From the IMG/VR virus record IMGVR_UViG_3300044797_000098, positions 310,001 to 374,000 of that record: DNA of 64,000 nucleotides, one strand, 5' to 3'. Of the stretch, positions 48,351 to 56,534 are shown piece after piece; the stretch's first letter is position 1, and each line of letters starts with the position of its first letter. The position numbers and the translations under genes were made by a program. Under the pieces are notes generated by a model. That model made no database searches and was not told the DNA's origin. It saw only the letters and a list, made by a program, of their open reading frames with translations.

Positions 48351-49051
48351 TATGGTTTCGTGCTAACCTTTTTGATTGGTTTCATTTTCTTTGTTGGGGT
48401 TGGAACTGGATTTGCTGGCATTGGAACTGGAACTGTTTTTGTTCCACTGCCACCAATATATTGTCCTGATCCTGCTGGCGGTGTAGCAGAAATACTTTGC
48501 GTTGGTTTAGTTGTTTTCAATGTTTTCAGTTGATTTACCGCATTCTTCATCTTCTCTTCGAGCGTTTTCTTTGCTTCCTTTTTCACTGTTGGCTTGGAAG
48601 ATAGATCAATTTTCTTCGGTGTATAACCGATGCTCTTATACATATCTTCTCTTGGGAACCTATAATACTTTACGTTATCTTGTTCTGCGTTTTCTGGTTG
48701 TGATATATTATCACGCACCCGAATGATTGCGTTTCCATTCTTTACATCTTTACCAATTAGCCACACTGCTTTTTGCAGCACATAATCTTTGCCCGGTGCG
48801 CTGTGATCGAATGTGCTTGGCATATCCCACATAGCATCAATCTCTGCGAGGACAATAAAAACATCCGTTGGATCAAGTGATTTAGCAATGTTTTCCATAT
48901 CGGTTAAATTTAAATCACCAGCACCAATTCGCTCGCCCGCACCATTATACCAGCCAGCATTTTTTATTATGCTGTTCCAGCGCATTTGGTTATTAGATAG
49001 ACCGAATGCTTTGCATTTGAGATCGCCGAACATTGATTTTGTGAGTTTCAT
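48350..49051 (-). CDS. Hypothetical protein with Lys/Pro/Thr-rich tail
   Basis: ATGA-coupled to gltX. Confidence 0.7.
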   Translation of the reverse strand: MKLTKSMFGDLKCKAFGLSNNQMRWNSIIKNAGWYNGAGERIGAGDLNLTDMENIAKSLDPTDVFIVLAEIDAMWDMPSTFDHSAPGKDYVLQKAVWLIGKDVKNGNAIIRVRDNISQPENAEQDNVKYYRFPREDMYKSIGYTPKKIDLSSKPTVKKEAKKTLEEKMKNAVNQLKTLKTTKPTQSISATPPAGSGQYIGGSGTKTVPVPMPANPVPTPTKKMKPIKKVSTKP

Positions 49052-50475
49052 AGTTGTGCCTTTATTCTATTCAATACTGTTTCTTTTCCGAGCACGCCCA
49101 TTACTTGGAATAGTTCAGGGCTTTGAGTTCGGCCGTATAGTGCCACACGAGTGCTTTGTCCAACATCGCGGATTGTTAGATTGTTTTGTGTTAGCCAATC
49201 ATTCGTTGCTGTCCGAAGATTGGTTTCCGTCCAATCATTTACGGATTGTAGGAATGTATTGAATGCGGATAGTTTCGTTTTGGCTTCCGGTGTTAGTATT
49301 TTTTCTACTGCGGATTGGTCAATGGAGATGTCGGAACGGAGAACTGGCTCTAACTCTACGCTGGCTTCCCGAAAATTTTTTGAACGCGTTCTGACGAGAT
49401 TAGTTAGGGAAGCAAGACGATCGCGGGAAACATCAAGCCCCAATTCTGCAACGAACGGATGTAAGTGTTTTGCATACACATCGTCAGGCGTAAGCGTCGA
49501 TGACTTTAAGTGTTCATAGTTAATGACACTGAATTTCTTGAAATCATATTTGCCGTCATTACGACCCACTGCTTCTAATGAAAACTTTTCGATCAGTTCA
49601 TCAATGCTAAATACCTCTTGGGACTTCCATCCCCATCCAAACCTTACAAGATAATTTAAAACTGCATTTGGAGTAAAACCTAATTGCCTAAATTCAGCAA
49701 CGCTTACTGCACCATCGCGTTTCGAGAGCTTCCCGCCATTGCTATTTAATAATAATGGCAGATGACAATATGTCGCACGATCAATTCCTAATGCCTCGTA
49801 TAACATCAGTTGGCTGGGTAGATTTTTTAAATGGTCAGATCCCCTGATAATATGCGTTATATGATCTATAACGCCGTCATCTATGGCGTTTGCGAAGTTG
49901 AAGAGAGGGATACCATTTTGTCTAAAAATTACGAAGTCAAAATTTTCCTTGTTTGGAATTGCTCGCTTACCAAACGCTATATCATTAAATTCGATTACAC
50001 CATCTGTTGGAGCTTTGAAACGAACAACATAATCTTTGCTTAATTGTTTCGTTATATTTCTACAAGTTCCGGGATACTTCCAAGGATTTTTAGGATTTTT
50101 CGCAAGCGCTTCTTCGCGTTGCTTATTTAGATCTTCCTCGGAACAATAGCATAAATAAGCTTTACCGCTTGCTATTAGTTCTTCTGCATACTTCTTGTAT
50201 ATTGGAAGGCGTTCCATTTGTGTATAAACACCAGCAGGCTTATTATTCGTTCCATAACCCATCGTTGGGATTAGTCCGAGCCATTTAAGATCTTCAAGTA
50301 TTTTATCTGCGCCACCTTCAACAACACGAGCCTGATCGGTATCTTCTATTCTTAATAGGAATTCGGCATTATATTTTTTGCTGAATAACCAATTGAACAA
50401 AAAACTTTTTGCATTTCCGCAATGTAAGGTGCCACTGGGCGACGGAGCACATCTAACACGAAGATTATTTGACAT
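49048..50475 (-). CDS. gltX: Glutamate--tRNA ligase
   Basis: RVRCAPSPSGTLHCGN (HIGH), LRIEDTD, AYLCYC, IIRGSDH, KLSKRDG (KMSKS), anticodon-binding C-terminus. Confidence 0.95.
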   Translation of the reverse strand: MSNNLRVRCAPSPSGTLHCGNAKSFLFNWLFSKKYNAEFLLRIEDTDQARVVEGGADKILEDLKWLGLIPTMGYGTNNKPAGVYTQMERLPIYKKYAEELIASGKAYLCYCSEEDLNKQREEALAKNPKNPWKYPGTCRNITKQLSKDYVVRFKAPTDGVIEFNDIAFGKRAIPNKENFDFVIFRQNGIPLFNFANAIDDGVIDHITHIIRGSDHLKNLPSQLMLYEALGIDRATYCHLPLLLNSNGGKLSKRDGAVSVAEFRQLGFTPNAVLNYLVRFGWGWKSQEVFSIDELIEKFSLEAVGRNDGKYDFKKFSVINYEHLKSSTLTPDDVYAKHLHPFVAELGLDVSRDRLASLTNLVRTRSKNFREASVELEPVLRSDISIDQSAVEKILTPEAKTKLSAFNTFLQSVNDWTETNLRTATNDWLTQNNLTIRDVGQSTRVALYGRTQSPELFQVMGVLGKETVLNRIKAQL

Positions 50476-50662
50476 TTTTATTGTCCTTTTTATTATTGTT
50501 TTCTGTTGCTTTTTTGCATTGTGTTTCTAATATGGCACGAATATATTCTGCCTTCGTGATATACTTGTTGGTCTTTTTGAGATACAAAAAAAACGCTTCG
50601 TCAATCATCTTCATTAGTTCAGGGGTTAGCCGAAGAACTAATTGTTTAGTCTTTTTTTTCAT
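50465..50662 (-). CDS. Ribbon-helix-helix DNA-binding protein
   Basis: KQLVLRLTPEL..MID...TKAEYIRAIL. Confidence 0.75.
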   Translation of the reverse strand: MKKKTKQLVLRLTPELMKMIDEAFFLYLKKTNKYITKAEYIRAILETQCKKATENNNKKDNKNVK

Positions 50663-50675
50663 TTTTTACCTACTA

Positions 50676-50704
50676 ATGATATAGCATACTTGTATGCAGT
50701 GCAA
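50676..50704 (-). promoter_or_regulatory. Promoter with a palindromic operator in its spacer
   Basis: TTGCAC-17 bp-TATCAT containing GCATAC-TT-GTATGC (50684-50697). Confidence 0.6.
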
Positions 50705-50735
50705 TGCATAGTTTTATTTGTGAAAAGGATTTTCG

Positions 50736-51545
50736 ATGAGCCATTATGTATATATATTGCAAAATAAAATTAACTTGAAGATTTATGTCGGATATTCCGC
50801 AAATCCAAAAATAAGATGGAATAGTCATAAAAACACCGCGAATAACCCAAAACATAAAAATCATCACGAACTAATATATAATGCAATACGCAAACACGGT
50901 TGGGAAAATTTTGACAAACAAATTATTGAAGAATGGGAAACTAAAAAAGAAGCGCTAGAAGCAGAGATGTTTTGGATAGAATTTTTTCGAACCAATATTC
51001 ATATTTATGGAAAAGAATATGGGTATAATCTTGGCCCAGGTGGAACTGGCGGTCGCGTAAAAGGTGGAAAACTTTCTATTGAACATAGGCGCAAATTAAG
51101 TGAAGCGCATAAAGGAAGAACCGCGTGGAATAAAGGGAAACCGTCCCCACTAAAAGGTCGAAAAAGAACAACACCGCTTACTGAAAATGAAAAACAAAAC
51201 CTTGCAAGACTTGCTGATTTTCATAGAGGTAGAAAACATTCACCAGAACGAATAGAAAAATCAAGACAATCACGCTTAGGAAAGAAAACAAAACCACATA
51301 CGGAAGAACATAAGCGCAAAATAAGTGAGGCTCAAAAAGGAAAAAAGAAACCAAAACACATATTTTCAGAAATAATTGAAAAACAAATTGTTCAAGAATA
51401 TAAATCTGGTAAATCTATAAATAAATTAAAAATTGAATATAAATGTAGTTGGACTGCAATCAAATCAATATTACTTATGTATATAGCGGAAAACGATATA
51501 AGAAAAGATGATGGTAAAAAAACGAGAAAAATTATTCGAAAATAA
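50736..51545 (+). CDS. GIY-YIG homing endonuclease with NUMOD3 repeats
   Basis: YVYILQN..N.KIYVG, GYN, HRRKLSEAHKG repeats. Confidence 0.9.
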   Translation: MSHYVYILQNKINLKIYVGYSANPKIRWNSHKNTANNPKHKNHHELIYNAIRKHGWENFDKQIIEEWETKKEALEAEMFWIEFFRTNIHIYGKEYGYNLGPGGTGGRVKGGKLSIEHRRKLSEAHKGRTAWNKGKPSPLKGRKRTTPLTENEKQNLARLADFHRGRKHSPERIEKSRQSRLGKKTKPHTEEHKRKISEAQKGKKKPKHIFSEIIEKQIVQEYKSGKSINKLKIEYKCSWTAIKSILLMYIAENDIRKDDGKKTRKIIRK

Positions 51546-51888
51546 CTCAACCATTGAGCAAAAAATAATAAACGATTATCTTTCTGGAAAGAGCATAAAC
51601 TATATATCAAAAATATATAAATGTTCTTGGAATGTTGTAAATAGAATAATAAAAGACGCAATAAATAATAATCTAATTATTTATAAAAAAATACGAGGCG
51701 GGGCACAGTCTAAATTGACTGAACATGATGTGTATCAAATACTAATTGAATATAATTCAACCGAAATATCACAAGAAAAACTTGCTAAAAAATATAATAT
51801 TGAAAGAAGCACTGTAAGAAATATAGTAAATGGAAAAACATGGAAAGATATTTATCTCAAATATGTTAGTGCCACCAAGACAACCTAA
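51508..51888 (+). CDS. HTH-module protein, probably the frameshifted 3' part of the GIY-YIG gene
   Basis: Repeats the Y.SGKSIN..YKCSW module; overlap spans an A7 run. Confidence 0.65.
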   Translation: MMVKKREKLFENNSTIEQKIINDYLSGKSINYISKIYKCSWNVVNRIIKDAINNNLIIYKKIRGGAQSKLTEHDVYQILIEYNSTEISQEKLAKKYNIERSTVRNIVNGKTWKDIYLKYVSATKTT

Positions 51889-51910
51889 TCATTCCACCGC
51901 ACCCCGTCAA
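51882..51910 (-). promoter_or_regulatory. Sigma70-type promoter (weak -10)
   Basis: TTGACG-17 bp-TAGGTT. Confidence 0.5.
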
Positions 51911-51912
51911 GC

Positions 51913-52125
51913 CTAACCGTTTTCTTTTCTGCCAGCCCAAACATATTGTCCCAGTAAAAACAAAACAGTCATTACAATTCCAGCGGGAAAACCAAACATA
52001 AATAACACTTCATTTATATCATGTGATGAATAGCACATACATAATATGAATAGCACGCCTAATCCAACGATAGAACTTAAAATTAAACTGCTGTCTCTAA
52101 TAACTTTTCGTTGTTCGTTATTCAT
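51913..52125 (-). CDS. Small two-TM membrane protein
   Basis: Two hydrophobic segments. Confidence 0.65.
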   Translation of the reverse strand: MNNEQRKVIRDSSLILSSIVGLGVLFILCMCYSSHDINEVLFMFGFPAGIVMTVLFLLGQYVWAGRKENG

Positions 52126-52185
52126 TGTTCTTCATCCATTCTCTACCAACAACCTTCCACCAACGAACGCGAATGTTATTACTCA

Positions 52186-52419
52186 TTATGCTTTTCTCCA
52201 ATCATAACTTTGATCTGGTAATCTCGTGTATTTTACCTTATTCCAATAACCTAACATATTAGGGTTATCAATCTCCCACTCCTCAATTGAGACAATTCTA
52301 TCACCATTATTCAGTAGATGCTTATCTCCTGCTTGTTTTGCATCATCAAGTGATTGATGAACACTAAGCATGTCATCACATTCGCCATTGCCATGGAATA
52401 ATATAAATACACTATTCAT
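52186..52419 (-). CDS. Small hypothetical protein, paralog of 52416-52667
   Basis: MNS.F...GNG...SLD.A...GD..L....I.EW. Confidence 0.65.
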   Translation of the reverse strand: MNSVFILFHGNGECDDMLSVHQSLDDAKQAGDKHLLNNGDRIVSIEEWEIDNPNMLGYWNKVKYTRLPDQSYDWRKA

Positions 52420-52667
52420 TTTGATATGATTTCTCCAAGTGTAAAAGATGGTTCTGATTTTACCCATTCTCCACCAACAACCTTCCCCCAACTCACATTA
52501 TATCTCACCGCCCCAATATACCATTCAAAAATATTTACATATTTTGATTCCCATCCAGCCAACAATATTTCATCACCATATTTCATAGCCTCATCCAATG
52601 AATAAAAACAAGGCGTATTATTACCCATATAACCATTGCCCGGAACAACTTGAAAGATACTATTCAT
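52416..52667 (-). CDS. Small hypothetical protein, paralog of 52186-52419
   Basis: Same motif pattern. Confidence 0.65.
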   Translation of the reverse strand: MNSIFQVVPGNGYMGNNTPCFYSLDEAMKYGDEILLAGWESKYVNIFEWYIGAVRYNVSWGKVVGGEWVKSEPSFTLGEIISK

Positions 52668-52836
52668 TTTTCATCTCATCCTTTACCCATTCAATCAATT
52701 CTATAATAAAATTACACTTACCATTATTCTCGTGATCGTAATCTGACATTGAGGTAATATAAGGATCGCCAGCGTTTTGAATTGAACGAAGTTCTTCTTG
52801 TAAATGTTCAAGTAATTTTTGCTGGAATGTTATCAT
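52660..52836 (-). CDS. 58-aa hypothetical protein (not in track)
   Basis: MITFQQKL...VKDEMKNE; coupled on both sides. Confidence 0.55.
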   Translation of the reverse strand: MITFQQKLLEHLQEELRSIQNAGDPYITSMSDYDHENNGKCNFIIELIEWVKDEMKNE

Positions 52837-53098
52837 TGTAATATCAATAACTCATTATGTCTTTCACAAACTGCCATCGCTTCTTCTTTTGTGTCAAACT
52901 TACAATCATCTGGCGTGCTATTGCCAAAAATAGTAATATCACTTGTACGAAGATTTTTGGTCAGAAAACGAATATTACCATTATTGACAATATATTATAA
53001 TATAATTCATTTTTTACGGAAGCAACGGAATACTTATATGGCACAAACCAAGTTTCATTCCATTTATGTTGATGCTTACCTCCATATACCCATTCCAT
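52833..53098 (-). pseudogene. Family E member with an internal frameshift
   Basis: MEWVY...; conserved tail CKFDTKEEAMAVCERHNELLILQ lies in another frame; length 266 nt. Confidence 0.7.
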
Positions 53099-53106
53099 AA
53101 TAAATC

Positions 53107-53400
53107 CTATTGCAAAACCAGTCGTTGATTATATCTTTCACAAGCTACCATTGCTTTTTCTTTTGTGGCAAACTTATGATCTGGTCGAAGACCATTGTTA
53201 TTTAGTAATGTTGTAGATACTGAACTTTTATTTAGCCAATGTATTTCGATATCGTCGATATGATTTTGACAAACCATAGTGCACCACCAACCGTTATTTT
53301 CTACACCTTGATACATCACACTGTAAGTATAGGATCCTTCGCGAGCAACAAAATAATGCAAATAACAATTATTCTCTTTTGCTATTGACCATTCTAACAT
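53107..53400 (-). CDS. Family E small protein
   Basis: MLEW...FATKEKAMVACERYNQRLVLQ. Confidence 0.8.
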   Translation of the reverse strand: MLEWSIAKENNCYLHYFVAREGSYTYSVMYQGVENNGWWCTMVCQNHIDDIEIHWLNKSSVSTTLLNNNGLRPDHKFATKEKAMVACERYNQRLVLQ

Positions 53401-53409
53401 ATCATCTCC

Positions 53410-53691
53410 TTATTGTAATATCAATAACTCATAATGTCTTTCACAAACGGCTTTTGCTTCTTCTGGCATCTTGAAAAAACAATCATCTGGCAAACTATCA
53501 ACCCTACTTGTAATACAATGCATATGAAGTCTGTTTGACACATATCCGCCCAAACTTTTTGGCGGAGTATAAACTATATACCACCCACTTTTACTATATT
53601 GTAAATACACAATGTCATACCATCCACGATCTGTATTTGATATGTATCGGTCATCACCACTCAATGCATCACTATCATTTTCCCATTCCAT
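53410..53691 (-). CDS. Family E small protein
   Basis: MEW...EEAKAVCERHYELLILQ. Confidence 0.8.
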   Translation of the reverse strand: MEWENDSDALSGDDRYISNTDRGWYDIVYLQYSKSGWYIVYTPPKSLGGYVSNRLHMHCITSRVDSLPDDCFFKMPEEAKAVCERHYELLILQ

Positions 53692-53699
53692 AATAAATC

Positions 53700-53987
53700 C
53701 TATTGAAGAATAAGCAGTCTATAATGTCTTTCACAAACTGCCATTGCTTCTTCTTTTGTAGCAAACTTATGTTCTTCTTGAATACCAGTGTTAGTATGTA
53801 AATCCGTTTTTATACTCTTTGTTATGTATAAACCGATCTTAGTGGAATTATAATCTGAAAAGAAAATAGAACACCAGCAATCTACACCTACGATATTTTT
53901 GCGAAACAAAATAACCTTATAAGATATATCACCTATATGTGATATATAATCATCTGGATGTCGAGTTCCCTGTTTTATCCAGTTCAT
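53700..53987 (-). CDS. Family E small protein
   Basis: MNW...FATKEEAMAVCERHYRLLILQ. Confidence 0.8.
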   Translation of the reverse strand: MNWIKQGTRHPDDYISHIGDISYKVILFRKNIVGVDCWCSIFFSDYNSTKIGLYITKSIKTDLHTNTGIQEEHKFATKEEAMAVCERHYRLLILQ

Positions 53988-54259
53988 TGTAAAATCAATA
54001 ACCTATAATGTCTTTCGGCGATTGCCATTGCTTCTTCTTTTGTCGCAAAAATAAGTCCAACTGAATTTGCTTGAATGGTATTTGTTCTTCTGGCTTTTAG
54101 ATTTTTAGATATAAATTTACCCATACTTCGAGGCGAATTAGTATGATATCTTATTACCCAGCCGTTATAGGTTCTTCCGTGAAATTCTACATCGTAGCAA
54201 TGAAAATTATCAACTGTTAGACACCAATGATCGAAGGTAGAAAACTGTTCCCAATTCAT
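53984..54259 (-). CDS. Family E small protein
   Basis: Start MNWEQ; FATKEEAMAIAERHYRLLILQ. Confidence 0.8.
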   Translation of the reverse strand: MNWEQFSTFDHWCLTVDNFHCYDVEFHGRTYNGWVIRYHTNSPRSMGKFISKNLKARRTNTIQANSVGLIFATKEEAMAIAERHYRLLILQ

Positions 54260-54522
54260 TGTAAAATCAATAATTTGTGATGGCGTTCGCATATCTCTTG
54301 CGCTTCTTCTTTCGTGGCGAACTCACAATTAGATTGTAGTCCTTGTGCTTCTGCTATTCCATAACCGCATTCTATGTTAAGATTATTAGATAGGAAGCCA
54401 CCAAGCATATCTGGTGGATTATATGATGAACACCACTTGCCATAATAACTGATCACACAATAATCATTTCCATCATCAAGATGAGCTTCCCAATAACCTA
54501 TATCAGTTTCTAACCAATTCAT
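54256..54522 (-). CDS. Family E small protein
   Basis: MNW...FATKEEAQEICERHHKLLILQ. Confidence 0.8.
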   Translation of the reverse strand: MNWLETDIGYWEAHLDDGNDYCVISYYGKWCSSYNPPDMLGGFLSNNLNIECGYGIAEAQGLQSNCEFATKEEAQEICERHHKLLILQ

Positions 54523-54532
54523 TTTATAAACC

Positions 54533-54796
54533 TTATTGTAAAATCAATAATTTGTAATGTCTTTCAGCAGCGCTGATTGCTTCTTCTTTCGTATGAAACT
54601 TATGTTCATCCAAAAAATGACCATAATTTGTGCTCAATGGCTTTGAGTTTTTGTCAAGCCAGTTTATTGGTAATCCGTTTCCATCTGAATATAAAACGCT
54701 CCAAGTCATATTTGATTGTAAGTAAATTACATTATATCTGTAATCACTTCCTATTGCAAGAAACTCTTTGCTTTCTATTTGTTTCCATTCTAACAT
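54533..54796 (-). CDS. Family E small protein
   Basis: MLEW...FHTKEEAISAAERHYKLLILQ. Confidence 0.8.
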   Translation of the reverse strand: MLEWKQIESKEFLAIGSDYRYNVIYLQSNMTWSVLYSDGNGLPINWLDKNSKPLSTNYGHFLDEHKFHTKEEAISAAERHYKLLILQ

Positions 54797-55047
54797 AGGA
54801 TTAGTAATTTGTGATATCGCTCACAAACCTCCATTGCTTCTTCTTTTGTTTTGAATTGACATTCTGGTAAGTTTGTAATCATTCTTCTGTTTTCTTCCAT
54901 TATATGTAAGTTTTTAGGTATCCATGCTCCACTTGGTTCTCTTCGTAAGGCTCCCCAACAACCTACAATATATGAAGCACTATATCTATGTAAGCCATCT
55001 ATATTAGCAGTTATAGTATAGGGTGATATAATCTTCCATTCCAACAT
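54790..55047 (-). CDS. Family E small protein
   Basis: MLEW...FKTKEEAMEVCERYHKLLILC. Confidence 0.8.
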   Translation of the reverse strand: MLEWKIISPYTITANIDGLHRYSASYIVGCWGALRREPSGAWIPKNLHIMEENRRMITNLPECQFKTKEEAMEVCERYHKLLILC

Positions 55048-55054
55048 ATGAATC

Positions 55055-55336
55055 CTACTGCAAAATCAGTAATCTATAATGTCGTTCTACAACTATTATC
55101 GCTTCTTCTTTTGTAGCAAAAAGATGCTTCGATGATATCAAGCCATCATTATAATCCAAGTCTATCGCCAATGAGTTTTTAGTTAACCATAATGATTTAT
55201 TGAACCTATTTCCATCTGTAATATTTACACACCAACAATTCTCTTGTTTTGAAAATCCTACTAAATACCTTATATTACCTGCTTGCGCAATAATTTCGCC
55301 ATATTTATTTGTTTCTATATTTCTCCATTTTAACAT
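55055..55336 (-). CDS. Family E small protein
   Basis: MLKW...FATKEEAIIVVERHYRLLILQ. Confidence 0.8.
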   Translation of the reverse strand: MLKWRNIETNKYGEIIAQAGNIRYLVGFSKQENCWCVNITDGNRFNKSLWLTKNSLAIDLDYNDGLISSKHLFATKEEAIIVVERHYRLLILQ

Positions 55337-55345
55337 ATTATGAAC

Positions 55346-55612
55346 CTATTGCAACAATAATAATTTGTAATGTCGCTCACAAACCTTCATGGCTTCTTCT
55401 TTTGTGGGAAACTTGCAATTATCTTTCAATTTATCGCCGTAATAAGATTCTATGCGAAGATTGCTTGATAGATAGCCAGCATACCTATTTAGATTTGGAG
55501 TATAATTAGCAACCCAGATATTATTTTTATCTTTCTCAAAAACTCTATAATTATGATCGATATCTGTGAATGGATGAGCGTAAAAATATGTAGGCTTGGA
55601 TTTCCATTCCAT
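55346..55612 (-). CDS. Family E small protein
   Basis: MEW...FPTKEEAMKVCERHYKLLLLQ. Confidence 0.8.
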   Translation of the reverse strand: MEWKSKPTYFYAHPFTDIDHNYRVFEKDKNNIWVANYTPNLNRYAGYLSSNLRIESYYGDKLKDNCKFPTKEEAMKVCERHYKLLLLQ

Positions 55613-55623
55613 GTGTTAGAATC

Positions 55624-55893
55624 CTATTGCAACAATAATAATTTGTAATGTCTCTCGCATATTGCGAACGCTTCTTCTTTTGTAGAAAATCGGCAATTTG
55701 TCGGCACACCATATCCATAATAACTTTCTAATTTCAACTTATTTGATAAGTATCTTCTTATTTTATTGTTCTCGGAATATTCTGAACTCCAAGGTATATT
55801 ATTGCCGGATGCGTAAGATACCCGATAAAATCTGTTATCGATATATGCTATGAATATTTCGTCCCCATTGCCATATGGATCAAACTTCAACAT
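55624..55893 (-). CDS. Family E small protein
   Basis: MLKF...FSTKEEAFAICERHYKLLLLQ. Confidence 0.8.
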   Translation of the reverse strand: MLKFDPYGNGDEIFIAYIDNRFYRVSYASGNNIPWSSEYSENNKIRRYLSNKLKLESYYGYGVPTNCRFSTKEEAFAICERHYKLLLLQ

Positions 55894-55967
55894 TGTATTA
55901 GAAACCTATACACTGTGCGGTGGGAAGACGGGCTTTCATAATTTTTACTGCGTCGGGGTTAGTAGTG

Positions 55968-55996
55968 AATATAAGGATGGGTGGGGCGGTTGTCAA
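55968..55996 (-). promoter_or_regulatory. Sigma70-type promoter heading the family E array
   Basis: TTGACA-17 bp-TATATT. Confidence 0.75.
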
Positions 55997-56217
55997 GCAT
56001 CCACGATAGAAAGTAATTTTTTGATTTCCTTGATTTCAAGGTTCGATGAACACACTTTGTTATAGAACGCGGTGAAACGATCTATTGTTGTGTTTTTGTA
56101 AAACTTGAATGGCTCCCAGCCAGTCAATCGAAGCACGAGACATTTACAATCTTGTGCTTCGGATCTATGTTCGATATATTGTCGAAGGCATTCGGAATAT
56201 GAAGGCTTGATTTTCAT
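55993..56217 (-). CDS. Hypothetical protein
   Basis: Tiling ORF. Confidence 0.55.
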   Translation of the reverse strand: MKIKPSYSECLRQYIEHRSEAQDCKCLVLRLTGWEPFKFYKNTTIDRFTAFYNKVCSSNLEIKEIKKLLSIVDA

Positions 56218-56519
56218 TTATTGAATTTAGGATATTTAGTAGGGTTTAGCCCATATGTTCCTCTATCATAAACTCCACCTTTGAAGGAACCATTAGTAAT
56301 CAATACGCCCCCATATGAGGCAAAATCAGTATCAATTTTATCCAGATCTCCCCTAATGACTTGTAGAAGACTTGCTTCTGGTGAAGCTGCCTTTTTTACG
56401 GCAGGCTTGTGGTTAGCATATCCTAACTGCTTCATGCGTTTCCATATATCATTATAGTTCAATGGCTGATTGGCTCTAATCAAAACTTCAATAGCAAACT
56501 CTCTCATAGTGGTTATCAT
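56214..56519 (-). CDS. HARE-HTH (winged-helix) domain protein
   Basis: A.EVL....QPL.Y.DIW......GY...PEASL...I....GTYGL. Confidence 0.65.
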   Translation of the reverse strand: MITTMREFAIEVLIRANQPLNYNDIWKRMKQLGYANHKPAVKKAASPEASLLQVIRGDLDKIDTDFASYGGVLITNGSFKGGVYDRGTYGLNPTKYPKFNK

Positions 56520-56534
56520 TTATTATTTTCCTTT

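Noticed and set aside
52833-55893. Regularly spaced ~60-bp similar segments suggesting a CRISPR array
   Set aside because: The repeats are degenerate coding tails of ~270-bp ORFs, not identical repeats with 30-40 bp spacers; no cas genes are present.
52833-55893. Diversity-generating retroelement acting on the paralog arrays
   Set aside because: No reverse transcriptase in the window and no near-identical TR/VR pair; differences include indels and are not adenine-restricted.
55905-55946. 13-aa leader peptide MKARLPTAQCIGF ahead of the family E array
   Set aside because: No clear RBS or attenuator structure; a short ORF is expected by chance.
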